A stretch of DNA of 32,000 nt, from sequence record NC_004629.1. One strand, written 5' to 3'. The notes beneath the pieces were generated by a model, which had not been told where the DNA came from, did not search any database, and worked only from the letters and a program-made list of their open reading frames with translations. Source of the stretch: Pseudomonas phage phiKZ. A program made the position numbers and the translations under genes. This document shows positions 1 through 9,011 of this stretch, piece after piece; positions within the stretch are counted from its first letter, which is position 1, and each line of letters starts with the position of its first letter.

Positions 1-163
1 CTGTTGCAGGGTCACCATCATAAGCAATGTATTCAGAGAGCACCGGAGGTAACTCCGGGCTCACTGTATAATACACCTTCTGAATATCTGAACTAAAGTT
101 AAATTTAACTTTAGAGTTTAGTGCCACAGGACCCGGCACTTGCGACGGGACAATAGAAGGCAT
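1..163 (-). CDS. Partial CDS (N-terminal end), hypothetical, possibly virion-associated
   Basis: Open minus-strand frame starting MPSIVPSQVPGPVALNSKVKFNFSSDIQKVYYTVSPELPPV with SD-like TAAGGAG upstream; runs off the window edge. Confidence 0.6.
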   Translation of the reverse strand, partial: MPSIVPSQVPGPVALNSKVKFNFSSDIQKVYYTVSPELPPVLSEYIAYDGDPAT

Positions 164-173
164 TTCTCACTCC

Positions 174-644
174 TTACGGGGTATACACGGGAATATCAGC
201 CGTCTTAATAGGTGAGTCAACTCGAATATAATAAGTGATTGGTACAGACAGGCTATACCCACGGATATTTAAAATCCCTGTAGATGAATCGAGATCCCAA
301 CCAATACTAGCAGAAGCGCTAATAAGCTTACCACTAGTAGGACTAGTAGTTTCAGGGTCGATAATCTTGAGATCAACGATGGATGTAGCCAGAGTATAAT
401 CACCCATAGAAGTAATAACTTTGGAAAGATCATAAGTAACTACATCTCCTGGGTTTAATGTACCAGTTTGAAATAGAATTGGTTTTAAACCAGTACTAGG
501 ACCTGGACCAGGGCCACCACCAGATTCTAGGATGGTTGTTACTTTGTCAACCCACCTTAAAATCGCATTATACATTTCTTCACTGGTGGCTTCAGGCCCA
601 AGAATAAGATCTTCACCAGTATTAGATGAATGTGGATCAGACAT
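174..644 (-). CDS. Hypothetical protein, possibly structural
   Basis: 156 aa ORF, Gly/Pro linker (GGGPGPGPSTG) followed by beta-rich region; collinear with neighbouring minus ORFs. Confidence 0.75.
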   Translation of the reverse strand: MSDPHSSNTGEDLILGPEATSEEMYNAILRWVDKVTTILESGGGPGPGPSTGLKPILFQTGTLNPGDVVTYDLSKVITSMGDYTLATSIVDLKIIDPETTSPTSGKLISASASIGWDLDSSTGILNIRGYSLSVPITYYIRVDSPIKTADIPVYTP

Positions 645-655
645 TTCTGTCTCCT

Positions 656-2767
656 TTAAAACCGCATATATGCGGGCTGATATGGTTTATACATACGTGT
701 ATCAAAGTCATTAAAATCAATTGCGATATCATACTTCTCAAATGATTCTTTTAGCATCTGATAAATGATTTTATTTTCATCAAAATTATTATTTTTATCA
801 ACATAACTTTCTAATGACTCTGTGATCTCAAATGGAGATTTAATACCCATAATAGCTTCAACCATTGCCTGACTCCATTTTAGAATGTCATCTGACCTTG
901 TTGAGATATTCGGTTCATCTTCTGTATCGAGAGTACATTGATATACGACTGTTTGTGAATCCTGACCTTTACGGTAAATTCGAGCAATAGCTTGTTCTAG
1001 AATGTAATGCCTAAACGGTGAATTAATTGTCACCATAGTATCAGCCATCGTCATACGGACCGCTGTTGAAAGGGAAGCATATGTAGCTACCAATGGATTT
1101 AATTTAGGGTCTTTCTCAAATCTACTGATTATTTGAGGTAAATTGTCATTGGTTTTACCATACACCACCGCCGGATGCATACCTAATTTATTGGTGTACT
1201 TATCAACAGTATCAACAACCTCAACAAACGATGTAAATGCAATCGTTTTCTTCATAGTTGATTCAGTGATACCAACCCAGTCAATATACGGTACCATGTC
1301 CACATGGCACTGAATGCGTTTAGCACCTAAAACCCTTCCCAAACATTCACCTTGTATCTTTAGCATAACGTATTTTATAACTGATTTAATATCTCTAAAA
1401 GCAGCTATTTCATTACGAGGTAAAGTTGGCTCTATAAACATTTTTTCATATTGGTTAGATTCTTTAATTTCTTCACCAATGTATCGCGGGTCTTGATTCT
1501 TCTGAATTATTTTAATCAAATTCTTATAGCGAGCGAAACCATCTTTCTGCGCCTGGGTCTTAAGAGAGTTCTCGTGTATCGCCATTAGTTTAGCCCAATA
1601 CTTCTCATCTTCTGGTCGGCGCGCAGCATAGAACTTTACACGTTCTCTAATAAAAGCTTCACAATCACGTTTAATGGCATTAAGAGTATACTGTGATCCA
1701 TTTGGTATCTTGATACGATACGCTTTTATCCTCGGTGGTAAAACCTCAGTATCTTTCTTTTCAATGACGTACGCAATTAACCCAAAGCGATGTTGGACAA
1801 TATCTAATCCTTTCTGTGTCTCTTTTCCAAATGCTTTCTTAAAACGTTCTTCAACCTCATTGGTGAAGAGATCGTCTAATACTCTTAATGCACTTACTAA
1901 TTCAGAACCAAGTGCTTTAACAGGGGTACCTGACGCTAATAATCTGTTATTAGAGTTAGACATAAAACATATTTGCTGGAACTTAAGAGATTGTGCAGAA
2001 TTAGGATCGTTCATATTGTGTGATTCATCCAGAATCACCGTAATGTTCTTACCTTTGAATATACCGCTTCTTAATAGATCAATTATTTTATCTTGCGCCT
2101 GGTAATGGGATATAAGTATTCTTTGACCGTTGTAGGCTTTATCATCAATGGTCGACCATACTTTTTGTCTTTCCTTATACATCTCAATAATAGATGGCTT
2201 CCATATTAGATCAATAGACTTCTTTTCACAAACAACTATAATGATATCCGACTCAACCATTTCAGCAATAGCCATCGTCATGAATGTCTTACCAGTACCA
2301 GGTTTACCTGCAACAATATCACCACGTAAACCATACTGGTCAATTCGATAATTATAATTTTCAAAATAAGCTTTTTGAGACTCATCTGGTGTAAATGTCA
2401 ATTTGTCTAACATCTTGAAATTGAGTCTACCTGGTACAGAGTTGGTATCTACAGGACGAGTATTTTTTAACCAGGTATATTGAAGCATTGCTTCACGGAT
2501 GGCATTAACAGTTTTAATAGAGATGTATCTACTTCTATAATTCTTTACTGCTTCTAGCATGTAATATATTTCAGGAGCAAAGAATTTATAAAATGAAATA
2601 CTACGACGACTAACCGTGTTAAATAACTGCGTAGCTAATTTAGTGGTTCGCCAATACTTGTTAATATCTCTAATGAATGCAGCACCATCAAAACCACTGA
2701 TGATAATTTCTTGATCAGTTTCAGTAATTGATAGCGAGCCCATTAGCTTCCTAAATGAGTCTATCAT
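656..2767 (-). CDS. SNF2-like superfamily 2 helicase
   Basis: 703 aa; Walker A AGKPGTGKTF, motif II VILDESHNMND, motif III LLASGTP, motif VI-like QAIARIYRKGQ. Confidence 0.88.
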   Translation of the reverse strand: MIDSFRKLMGSLSITETDQEIIISGFDGAAFIRDINKYWRTTKLATQLFNTVSRRSISFYKFFAPEIYYMLEAVKNYRSRYISIKTVNAIREAMLQYTWLKNTRPVDTNSVPGRLNFKMLDKLTFTPDESQKAYFENYNYRIDQYGLRGDIVAGKPGTGKTFMTMAIAEMVESDIIIVVCEKKSIDLIWKPSIIEMYKERQKVWSTIDDKAYNGQRILISHYQAQDKIIDLLRSGIFKGKNITVILDESHNMNDPNSAQSLKFQQICFMSNSNNRLLASGTPVKALGSELVSALRVLDDLFTNEVEERFKKAFGKETQKGLDIVQHRFGLIAYVIEKKDTEVLPPRIKAYRIKIPNGSQYTLNAIKRDCEAFIRERVKFYAARRPEDEKYWAKLMAIHENSLKTQAQKDGFARYKNLIKIIQKNQDPRYIGEEIKESNQYEKMFIEPTLPRNEIAAFRDIKSVIKYVMLKIQGECLGRVLGAKRIQCHVDMVPYIDWVGITESTMKKTIAFTSFVEVVDTVDKYTNKLGMHPAVVYGKTNDNLPQIISRFEKDPKLNPLVATYASLSTAVRMTMADTMVTINSPFRHYILEQAIARIYRKGQDSQTVVYQCTLDTEDEPNISTRSDDILKWSQAMVEAIMGIKSPFEITESLESYVDKNNNFDENKIIYQMLKESFEKYDIAIDFNDFDTRMYKPYQPAYMRF

Positions 2768-2829
2768 TGCATTTTTCCTTAAGGGGTATGTAAATATAAC
2801 TCTAAGTCATAAGATTAGCTAACGAATAA

Positions 2830-3035
2830 AAATACGCACAGTGCAATGATATAGAGCAAGGCAGTTTGCGTAAAACGCACTGCACTTTAAGGGGGTGATC
2901 CAGTCGTAAATAAACCGGGGTACTAAAGTATCGTCAGGAACGACACGAACCCCAACTACGGTGCCTTGCTACTCACCGACCTCTAGATAGGGGTCGGACC
3001 TATTACATTAAAGGAGCCCACCAGGGGCTCCTTTA
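2830..3035 (+). ncRNA. Candidate structured non-coding RNA / structured leader ending in a terminator hairpin
   Basis: No ORF; GGGGT(2917-2921)/ACCCC(2949-2953) enclosing TCGT/ACGA; CCGACCTCT(2976-2984)/AGGGGTCGG(2989-2997); then AAAGGAGCCC/GGGCTCCTTT hairpin. Confidence 0.35.
3010..3034 (+). terminator. Rho-independent-like terminator hairpin
   Basis: AAAGGAGCCC-ACCAG-GGGCTCCTTT. Confidence 0.6.
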
Positions 3036-3055
3036 TGCCATTCATTATAAATTAA

Positions 3056-3073
3056 TTTAAATCTATATTACAG
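3056..3073 (+). promoter_or_regulatory. Putative phiKZ-like early promoter element
   Basis: TTTAAAAATC-TATATTAC, 45 nt before the start at 3118 and just after a terminator hairpin. Confidence 0.65.
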
Positions 3074-3117
3074 GATTACCATAAAGATATTTATCCTTTT
3101 ATAATGAGGAAAAGATT

Positions 3118-3513
3118 ATGTCCGATATTAATAGCACCAATGTAACAGATGAATTAGTACCTTATTTTCCATCGGCGGATGCCATTACTAGTTCTACTAT
3201 TAGGGATGAAGTAATTCCTAATATTTTGTTATTCTACAAGAATGCTTTTAGTGACTTCCAACACGTTAGTAATATCACAGGTACTAACCAGATTGCATCA
3301 GGTTATTTACCAGGTGTAGGTTATTATTTCGAGTATAGTGTTACCGGTAATGCTAATCTTATTCCACCTGAAGCAATTAAAGTATTACGTAATGTAATCA
3401 CTAAAAATGGATATAAAGATGACATTACCATCACACCAAAAGGTTTTGGCCTAATCAATTGGTTCATTGTAAGAGTATACGTAGATGAGCAAATTAAGAA
3501 GACTACTCAATAA
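3118..3513 (+). CDS. Hypothetical phage protein
   Basis: 131 aa ORF after promoter element and AGGAAAAG-like RBS. Confidence 0.8.
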   Translation: MSDINSTNVTDELVPYFPSADAITSSTIRDEVIPNILLFYKNAFSDFQHVSNITGTNQIASGYLPGVGYYFEYSVTGNANLIPPEAIKVLRNVITKNGYKDDITITPKGFGLINWFIVRVYVDEQIKKTTQ

Positions 3514-3661
3514 AGAATTAGAAAAAGAGTTAGTTAAAAAACTAGATTTTCTAGAACGTGATTTTAGAGCTATAAAAGAAGTTATCAAAACTGGAAAATA
3601 TCCTGATCCTGTTAATCCGAATCGCAGACAAAGTGATTATGATTTATCTTTTAATAATTAA
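3485..3661 (+). CDS. Small hypothetical protein (absent from supplied ORF track)
   Basis: 58 aa MSKLRRLLNKELEKELVKKLDFLERDFRAIKEVIKTGKYPDPVNPNRRQSDYDLSFNN; overlaps the end of the upstream ORF and fills the gap to 3678. Confidence 0.6.
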   Translation: MSKLRRLLNKELEKELVKKLDFLERDFRAIKEVIKTGKYPDPVNPNRRQSDYDLSFNN

Positions 3662-3677
3662 CCTATAAGAGGATGCT

Positions 3678-4079
3678 ATGGAAATCACATTTCCATCTGT
3701 AAAAGAAGTAATGACAACTGATCCAGCATTTATTGATTTGGTTCTGAAAAGTAAATTACTTACTATCCGTAAAGCAATGATTGATGTTATTCGAAATATT
3801 GAGAATACATCACTAGCATCTAGTAGGCTTGTTAAACAGAAAAGCTATCCATATCAAACTACTTTCGAACTTGTATTTAACCCAAAGGTTTTTAAATGGT
3901 TTGATAAAACAGATGCTATCAATATTAAAAATATTCTTCATGCTGAAGTAGTTAACCAGGATTGGGAGAGTATTGATATTTCTTATAATGGTAGGGATAT
4001 ACATGGTTTTGAAAAAGTGACTATTGTATTAACTCCTATGAAAGATGAAGCTATTAAATATGATCTTTCAAAAGCATGA
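3678..4079 (+). CDS. Hypothetical phage protein
   Basis: 133 aa ORF; AGAGGATG RBS region. Confidence 0.8.
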   Translation: MEITFPSVKEVMTTDPAFIDLVLKSKLLTIRKAMIDVIRNIENTSLASSRLVKQKSYPYQTTFELVFNPKVFKWFDKTDAINIKNILHAEVVNQDWESIDISYNGRDIHGFEKVTIVLTPMKDEAIKYDLSKA

Positions 4080-4095
4080 ATTAAGATAACATATA

Positions 4096-4117
4096 CCCTC
4101 CCCTTTATTGGGGAGGG
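4096..4117 (+). terminator. Terminator hairpin
   Basis: CCCTCCCC-TTTATT-GGGGAGGG. Confidence 0.6.
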
Positions 4118-4321
4118 ATTATTTACTTATATGTTTAATAGAATAAGGACTCTACCTTGGAATAATGCTAATGCTCTTCACCAGAGAAAAGAGATATATA
4201 GATAGACGTATTACACATTATCAGGTTGAGTAGTAAATTAAAACAACCAATAATACGTTATTCAATATTGAAATAGTTGTTATAAAACATTTATATTAAT
4301 CTAATACAGGAAATAAAGAAA

Positions 4322-5032
4322 ATGGGTGATTATGTATATTTAGAAACTCAAGCTAAAGTAAATAATGAATGGATTGGTATCGAAGATATTGAACTAACAC
4401 AGAATTATGATCTTTATGCATATCTACTTGATATTCGCAATTATTGGGATGTAAAACCATTTGCTTACCATAATGGTGTTCCTGATGATCTGAAAAAGAA
4501 ACCAGAATGGTGGAGTAGTTATGATGATGATCCACGCTGTGATGCATGGATTAGTGGTGAAGCTATTCTAAAAGGTATGAGTGAGCTTAAACCAGTTACT
4601 AAAACAGTATATATGAGTCTATATACTTATATGTCCTGGGATCGTATGTCAGAACCAGATTGCTATTCACGGTATAGCCCACGTCTTGTAACAGATGAAC
4701 CAAAAATTAATAAAATCTCTCAAAAACAATTACAGTATTATAAGAATTTAACTGAAAGTTTTTATTCTCTAAACCTTAAAGCTAATTATGATTGGAAGGT
4801 TATCGACGGTCGGTTACAACGAGTCGGGCCTAAATGTGGTAAGAATCACCTACGTAATCTACGTCGAGTATCGCGTTATCTATCTTTCTGCAATGTTCCT
4901 AATGAACCTATCAAAGTAACTTATACACTCACGGCTGATCAACAGCGAAAAGAATTTAAACCTTTTATTTATCAAGTCCGAAATGCCGTTCTTAAGTACG
5001 GTGATATCCGTCTTCTAATGAGGGTTAGATAA
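4322..5032 (+). CDS. Hypothetical phage protein
   Basis: 236 aa ORF; weak TATATTAA element 23 nt upstream. Confidence 0.85.
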   Translation: MGDYVYLETQAKVNNEWIGIEDIELTQNYDLYAYLLDIRNYWDVKPFAYHNGVPDDLKKKPEWWSSYDDDPRCDAWISGEAILKGMSELKPVTKTVYMSLYTYMSWDRMSEPDCYSRYSPRLVTDEPKINKISQKQLQYYKNLTESFYSLNLKANYDWKVIDGRLQRVGPKCGKNHLRNLRRVSRYLSFCNVPNEPIKVTYTLTADQQRKEFKPFIYQVRNAVLKYGDIRLLMRVR

Positions 5033-5685
5033 TGGCAATGACAGCTATTGTCGGTAGTCGCTATGCCCCTACATGGGCCCTAGAATTGATGATACGCGCA
5101 GGAAGAACATTTGTTGATCTAGGTATAGGTATTTCATCAGGCGATGCATATGGATCAGATAGAGCTGGTTGGTATGGTGCAATTCAGTCTGATAAATGGG
5201 ATACAGTAGAAAGTCGTATTTACATTATTCGAAATGGATTTCTTGGAAGACGAATTGAGAATCTAGCGTGGTTTCATGATGCCTCCGTATATACTGATAC
5301 CATTCCCACAGCTATGGCAATGGCCTGTGCAGCTCGGGGAAGTTTCAATGGTTTAGGTAGAACAGGTATTGAACTACATACTCGTAATGTATTTCAAATT
5401 CATGGCCATACTTTACGTGAACCTGTTTCAACTATTATTGCATACGGTGAACAAAAGACACCAACCTCTGTAATTAGTGGTGGTACTAATACAGCGTGGC
5501 AGTTGGCATTAGATGCAAATGTGCCAACTATGTATAACCTATACTGGTCCGATGATGTAAAGAGACTAGAAGAATGGTTAAATAAAAATGAATCTGATGA
5601 GCCATATATGCCAATTGATTGGTCTGAAATCTTAGATCCTAGAGATAGCCGTCTACCTGAATTGATGGATGAATATAATAATTAA
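5032..5685 (+). CDS. SLOG/DprA-like Rossmannoid protein
   Basis: 217 aa; AIVGSRYAP...DLGIGISSGDAYGSDRAGW and VISGGTNTAWQLALDANVPTM resemble SLOG/DprA glycine-rich motifs; overlaps the upstream stop. Confidence 0.6.
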   Translation: MAMTAIVGSRYAPTWALELMIRAGRTFVDLGIGISSGDAYGSDRAGWYGAIQSDKWDTVESRIYIIRNGFLGRRIENLAWFHDASVYTDTIPTAMAMACAARGSFNGLGRTGIELHTRNVFQIHGHTLREPVSTIIAYGEQKTPTSVISGGTNTAWQLALDANVPTMYNLYWSDDVKRLEEWLNKNESDEPYMPIDWSEILDPRDSRLPELMDEYNN

Positions 5686-5719
5686 TTTTCTCAAATGAAT
5701 TAGTTATAATAGCCAAAAT

Positions 5720-5745
5720 AAACCCTCCTCTTAGTAGGAGGGTTT
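5720..5745 (+). terminator. Terminator hairpin
   Basis: AAACCCTCCT-CTTAGT-AGGAGGGTTT, perfect 10 bp stem. Confidence 0.75.
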
Positions 5746-5788
5746 ATATCGTCTCAAATTAGATTATCAATTAGAAAAGGAACATCAA

Positions 5789-6889
5789 ATGAATTATCGT
5801 AATAGCAAACTTACGTTAGTCCAGCAGAAGTGGATTGATCGTTTTATCTCCATTGCTATGGAGGTTGATAATGGCCGTGCAATTTCCAATGCATATCGCT
5901 ATACTCTTAATGAACAGGGAATTAGTTCAGATAGTGAAGATCTACGTATTCACTATCCTTTTGGAGTTGATAGAAAAGAATTCATCAAAGAACAAATTTA
6001 CAAACTATGTGATGAAGTTATAAGCCCTTTAAATCTGAAAGCATTCAGAATTAGTGGTGGTTTTGCATTACTAGATGATGAAGGAATCATTGGTTTCCTA
6101 ATGAATGGAATGGAAGGTACCACTAGTCAGAACTTTAGATTATACTCCAATGAAGAACTGATCAAAGTATTTAAATTACGTTTTGAAGAAGTATTTGATC
6201 AGACTCGTCCACCTAGTATTAAAAGAATTCGGGTTAACTATCAAAATAATGAACTATATAGCTTTAGTGAAGTTATTTCTGTTCGTAACTACAATCCAAA
6301 TATGATGGAAATGTATCCATTCCTAGATCGATCTCCAGCTGAAATCTGGACTGAATTCGCTGCATCTGAATCTAATGTTCTACTATTGATTGGTCCTCCT
6401 GGTACTGGTAAGTCTAATTATATCAATGAGATTATTCGGGCTCGTGGTTATAATGATCGTAATGTGTATCTAGCTGATCAAGATGATGTACTTGGCCACG
6501 CCGGTTTGACTAATTTTATTCGTGGTGTTGAGGATAATTCACTCATTATTACAGAAGACTCTGATAAAATGGTGGCTAAACGTGTAGATGGTAATAGTAA
6601 TATGTCAGGGCTATTAAATGCTACAGCTGGTCTAGTATCTACTAAGACCAAGATTATCATTTCTACTAATCTTCCGACTCTTCGTGATGTTGATGAAGCT
6701 TTAGTTCGACCTGGCCGTGCTTTCGATATTCTTACCTTCAAAACACTTACTGCTGAACAAGCGATTGCAGCTCGTTTAGCTAATGGTCTAGATCCAGTTG
6801 AGTTTGTCGGTAATAATCTTACTTTAGCTGAAGCATTGAATACTAGTTCTTGCAGTAGCCCACGCAAAGCAAGTCGTGTAGGTTTCTAA
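5789..6889 (+). CDS. AAA+ ATPase (BCS1-like type)
   Basis: 366 aa; Walker A IGPPGTGKSN, Walker B-like SLIITEDSD, sensor-1 IIISTNLP, EALVRPGRAFD arginine-finger region. Confidence 0.85.
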   Translation: MNYRNSKLTLVQQKWIDRFISIAMEVDNGRAISNAYRYTLNEQGISSDSEDLRIHYPFGVDRKEFIKEQIYKLCDEVISPLNLKAFRISGGFALLDDEGIIGFLMNGMEGTTSQNFRLYSNEELIKVFKLRFEEVFDQTRPPSIKRIRVNYQNNELYSFSEVISVRNYNPNMMEMYPFLDRSPAEIWTEFAASESNVLLLIGPPGTGKSNYINEIIRARGYNDRNVYLADQDDVLGHAGLTNFIRGVEDNSLIITEDSDKMVAKRVDGNSNMSGLLNATAGLVSTKTKIIISTNLPTLRDVDEALVRPGRAFDILTFKTLTAEQAIAARLANGLDPVEFVGNNLTLAEALNTSSCSSPRKASRVGF

Positions 6890-6996
6890 GGAAAAGTAAG
6901 CTGCTTTTAAACTAGCGAAGAAACATGAATTCCAACGTGTTGTTTATAATCCTGATGACCTTAAAGTAAAGCATTATTTCACATACGGAGATCAGC

Positions 6997-7599
6997 ATGC
7001 AGCGCAATAATGACCCGCAGCAAGTAATCATGTCGATTGAGATGTACAATAGCCTACTGGCTATGGCTAATGATTCACCTCATTACACGACAAAACTTAT
7101 CCAACGTCACGTGCGAAAGATGAATCCTTTTTTACAACCTGCACATCTAAAGAATGTCAGAACTAAGGAAGCTATTCGGTCCCAACGTATTCGTGAAGCT
7201 CGGACTTTCTTCGAAGCCAATCATAGAAAAATTCTGTACGCAAAGGTTGATATGGGTAACTGTAAAAAAGGAGATGATCCGGTTTACTTCCCATGCATAT
7301 CTGAACGTATTGCCAAGAATAGACAACTAATCCAAGTTCGTCATGCCAATGAAGTTGGTTATGGACGGTGCATCCGGTTGGTAGAGGCTAAATATCTCAC
7401 AACCATTATTCCTGATGGATATATCCAAGGAACTGGGCCGTATAAAAAATATCTTGTTAAAGAGAATGGTCCTTACGATATCCGTGAACAAGAAGAAAAA
7501 CGTAAACAAGCTTTTTCGAGTGAGATAGCTAAGAAGTTTGAGTTCAAACATGATTCTTACGATATGGATAATCTCAAAAAGAATTATTATACACAATGA
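6997..7599 (+). CDS. Hypothetical phage protein
   Basis: 200 aa ORF; start could be a few codons downstream. Confidence 0.75.
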   Translation: MQRNNDPQQVIMSIEMYNSLLAMANDSPHYTTKLIQRHVRKMNPFLQPAHLKNVRTKEAIRSQRIREARTFFEANHRKILYAKVDMGNCKKGDDPVYFPCISERIAKNRQLIQVRHANEVGYGRCIRLVEAKYLTTIIPDGYIQGTGPYKKYLVKENGPYDIREQEEKRKQAFSSEIAKKFEFKHDSYDMDNLKKNYYTQ

Positions 7600-7726
7600 G
7601 ATTAGTATAAATGGACATTAGTTTATCTCCAGTATGAGTATTCCAACTTCTTAAATATTACTAAAGAGCAGACTATGAATATATCAGTGTTTGCTCTTTG
7701 GAGGTAATTACTCTGGAGCATCTAAT

Positions 7727-8059
7727 ATGTGTGCAATTCCTGTAATACCTGTATCAAATGACATCACTGTTATTAAGCCAGGTGATACAGTTTGGTCAAC
7801 AGGTGTTCTCGGTATGAAAGCATCCTGTGAGCATCCACCAGCGCTATTCTGTATACGGGGTGATGAACTTGAAGTTCTAGAAATTAGCCCTCCCACGGAA
7901 TATGAGAAAAAAGCAATGTATAAGTGCCGCTTAAAAAGAGGCACTGGTCATTTCTGGATTTATCGTAGTGGGTTTACTAAAACAAAGCCATTTAATCACA
8001 ATATGACTGGTTATGAGTTTTGGGATGGTGAGAAAATTAGAGAATATGGTGGGTATTAG
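7727..8059 (+). CDS. Hypothetical phage protein (start refined from 7691)
   Basis: The ORF-track start at 7691 is TTG; ATG at 7727 follows CTGGAG. Confidence 0.7.
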   Translation: MCAIPVIPVSNDITVIKPGDTVWSTGVLGMKASCEHPPALFCIRGDELEVLEISPPTEYEKKAMYKCRLKRGTGHFWIYRSGFTKTKPFNHNMTGYEFWDGEKIREYGGY

Positions 8060-8070
8060 AGTAAAAGAAA

Positions 8071-8196
8071 ATGACTAGCGAAAATAATAAATCAGACATA
8101 CAACATGAACAAGAAGAACCACCCATATTCAAGATGCTTTTTCTAAGTGCAGTTATAGGTGGATCATTATGGGAAATAATTAGACAGTGGTTTTAG
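8071..8196 (+). CDS. Small putative membrane protein
   Basis: 41 aa MTSENNKSDIQHEQEEPPIFKMLFLSAVIGGSLWEIIRQWF; stop codon lies in the loop of a terminator-like hairpin. Confidence 0.45.
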   Translation: MTSENNKSDIQHEQEEPPIFKMLFLSAVIGGSLWEIIRQWF

Positions 8197-8205
8197 CCAC
8201 TGTCT
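8182..8205 (+). terminator. Terminator-like hairpin
   Basis: AGACAGTGG-TTTTAG-CCACTGTCT followed by TTATAA. Confidence 0.6.
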
Positions 8206-8230
8206 TTATAATGTATTTTGAGTTATAAAA

Positions 8231-8395
8231 ATGTCCATAGAAAAAGCCTATTCCAATTTAATAGCTTCAATTAAAACAGTTAGAAAACATTTTCCTAAAT
8301 TAATTCAAGAGAAGAATTTAGATGAGGAATTACGACGGGAGTTTACGACTCCTATTCAATTCGACCCGACTAAGAAATCGGGAAACTCCTTTTGA
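8231..8395 (+). CDS. Small hypothetical protein
   Basis: 54 aa MSIEKAYSNLIASIKTVRKHFPKLIQEKNLDEELRREFTTPIQFDPTKKSGNSF. Confidence 0.55.
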   Translation: MSIEKAYSNLIASIKTVRKHFPKLIQEKNLDEELRREFTTPIQFDPTKKSGNSF

Positions 8396-8411
8396 TAACG
8401 AACAGTCAGAA

Positions 8412-8579
8412 ATGGATAAGTTAAAACCAATCGATGACTTTTGGAAAACTAAAACAATTAAACCATCAGATGCTTATTTAGAAAGAAAGAATGAGCAACT
8501 AAAGATGATTAATCCGCATAAAGTTTATAATCCATTCAATGAAAAAGATACGATATTAAAACCTATTTCTAAATTATAA
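8412..8579 (+). CDS. Small hypothetical protein (start refined from 8322)
   Basis: 55 aa MDKLKPIDDFWKTKTIKPSDAYLERKNEQ...; the upstream portion overlaps 8231..8395 in another frame. Confidence 0.55.
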   Translation: MDKLKPIDDFWKTKTIKPSDAYLERKNEQLKMINPHKVYNPFNEKDTILKPISKL

Positions 8580-8591
8580 AAAGGATTTACT

Positions 8592-9011
8592 ATGAAACAA
8601 GATCATCAATTCTGGCATGATAAACCATTTTCAGAAAATGAAGTTAGGAAGAAACTTGGCGGATCGTCATTATCCAAACTAAGTACAGAACAGATTTTAG
8701 AAGAGTGGCGAACAGAACATATTGAACGTAATACTCCTTTAAGTAAAAGGCTATATGACATTCGTAATAAAGCCATCAATGATTACTCACTTACTGATAA
8801 TCAACAAGTTAATAATTTGTTGCAATGTGCAGTGGATCAAGTCTTAGCAGATGTGATCATTATGTTAGATGGTTCAGTGCCACATAAGCAATTTCAAATT
8901 TCTGAATATGAAATTGAAATGGACAGTAAGGAATTATCGATTAAAGAACATACTCGTCCAATAACTGAAGATCTACTAAAAAATTATTTTGAATTGGTGA
9001 ATGGCAAATGA
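8592..9011 (+). CDS. Hypothetical phage protein
   Basis: 139 aa ORF. Confidence 0.8.
   Translation: MKQDHQFWHDKPFSENEVRKKLGGSSLSKLSTEQILEEWRTEHIERNTPLSKRLYDIRNKAINDYSLTDNQQVNNLLQCAVDQVLADVIIMLDGSVPHKQFQISEYEIEMDSKELSIKEHTRPITEDLLKNYFELVNGK

Noticed and set aside
532-714. Plus-strand ORF spanning the gap between two minus-strand genes
   Set aside because: Antisense to two credible minus-strand CDSs with no RBS or promoter support
1314-2351. Plus-strand ORFs (1314-1496, 1674-2105, 2148-2351) inside the helicase region
   Set aside because: Antisense to a 703 aa ORF with clear helicase motifs; typical shadow ORFs
2790-2798. Minus-strand TATATTTAC as an early promoter for the helicase
   Set aside because: One extra base relative to the TATATTAC motif and only ~25 nt from the start; too weak to list as a feature
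2888-3000. Possible tRNA in the structured intergenic region
   Set aside because: No cloverleaf, no proper T-arm (GTTCRANNC) with 7-bp acceptor on either strand by manual inspection
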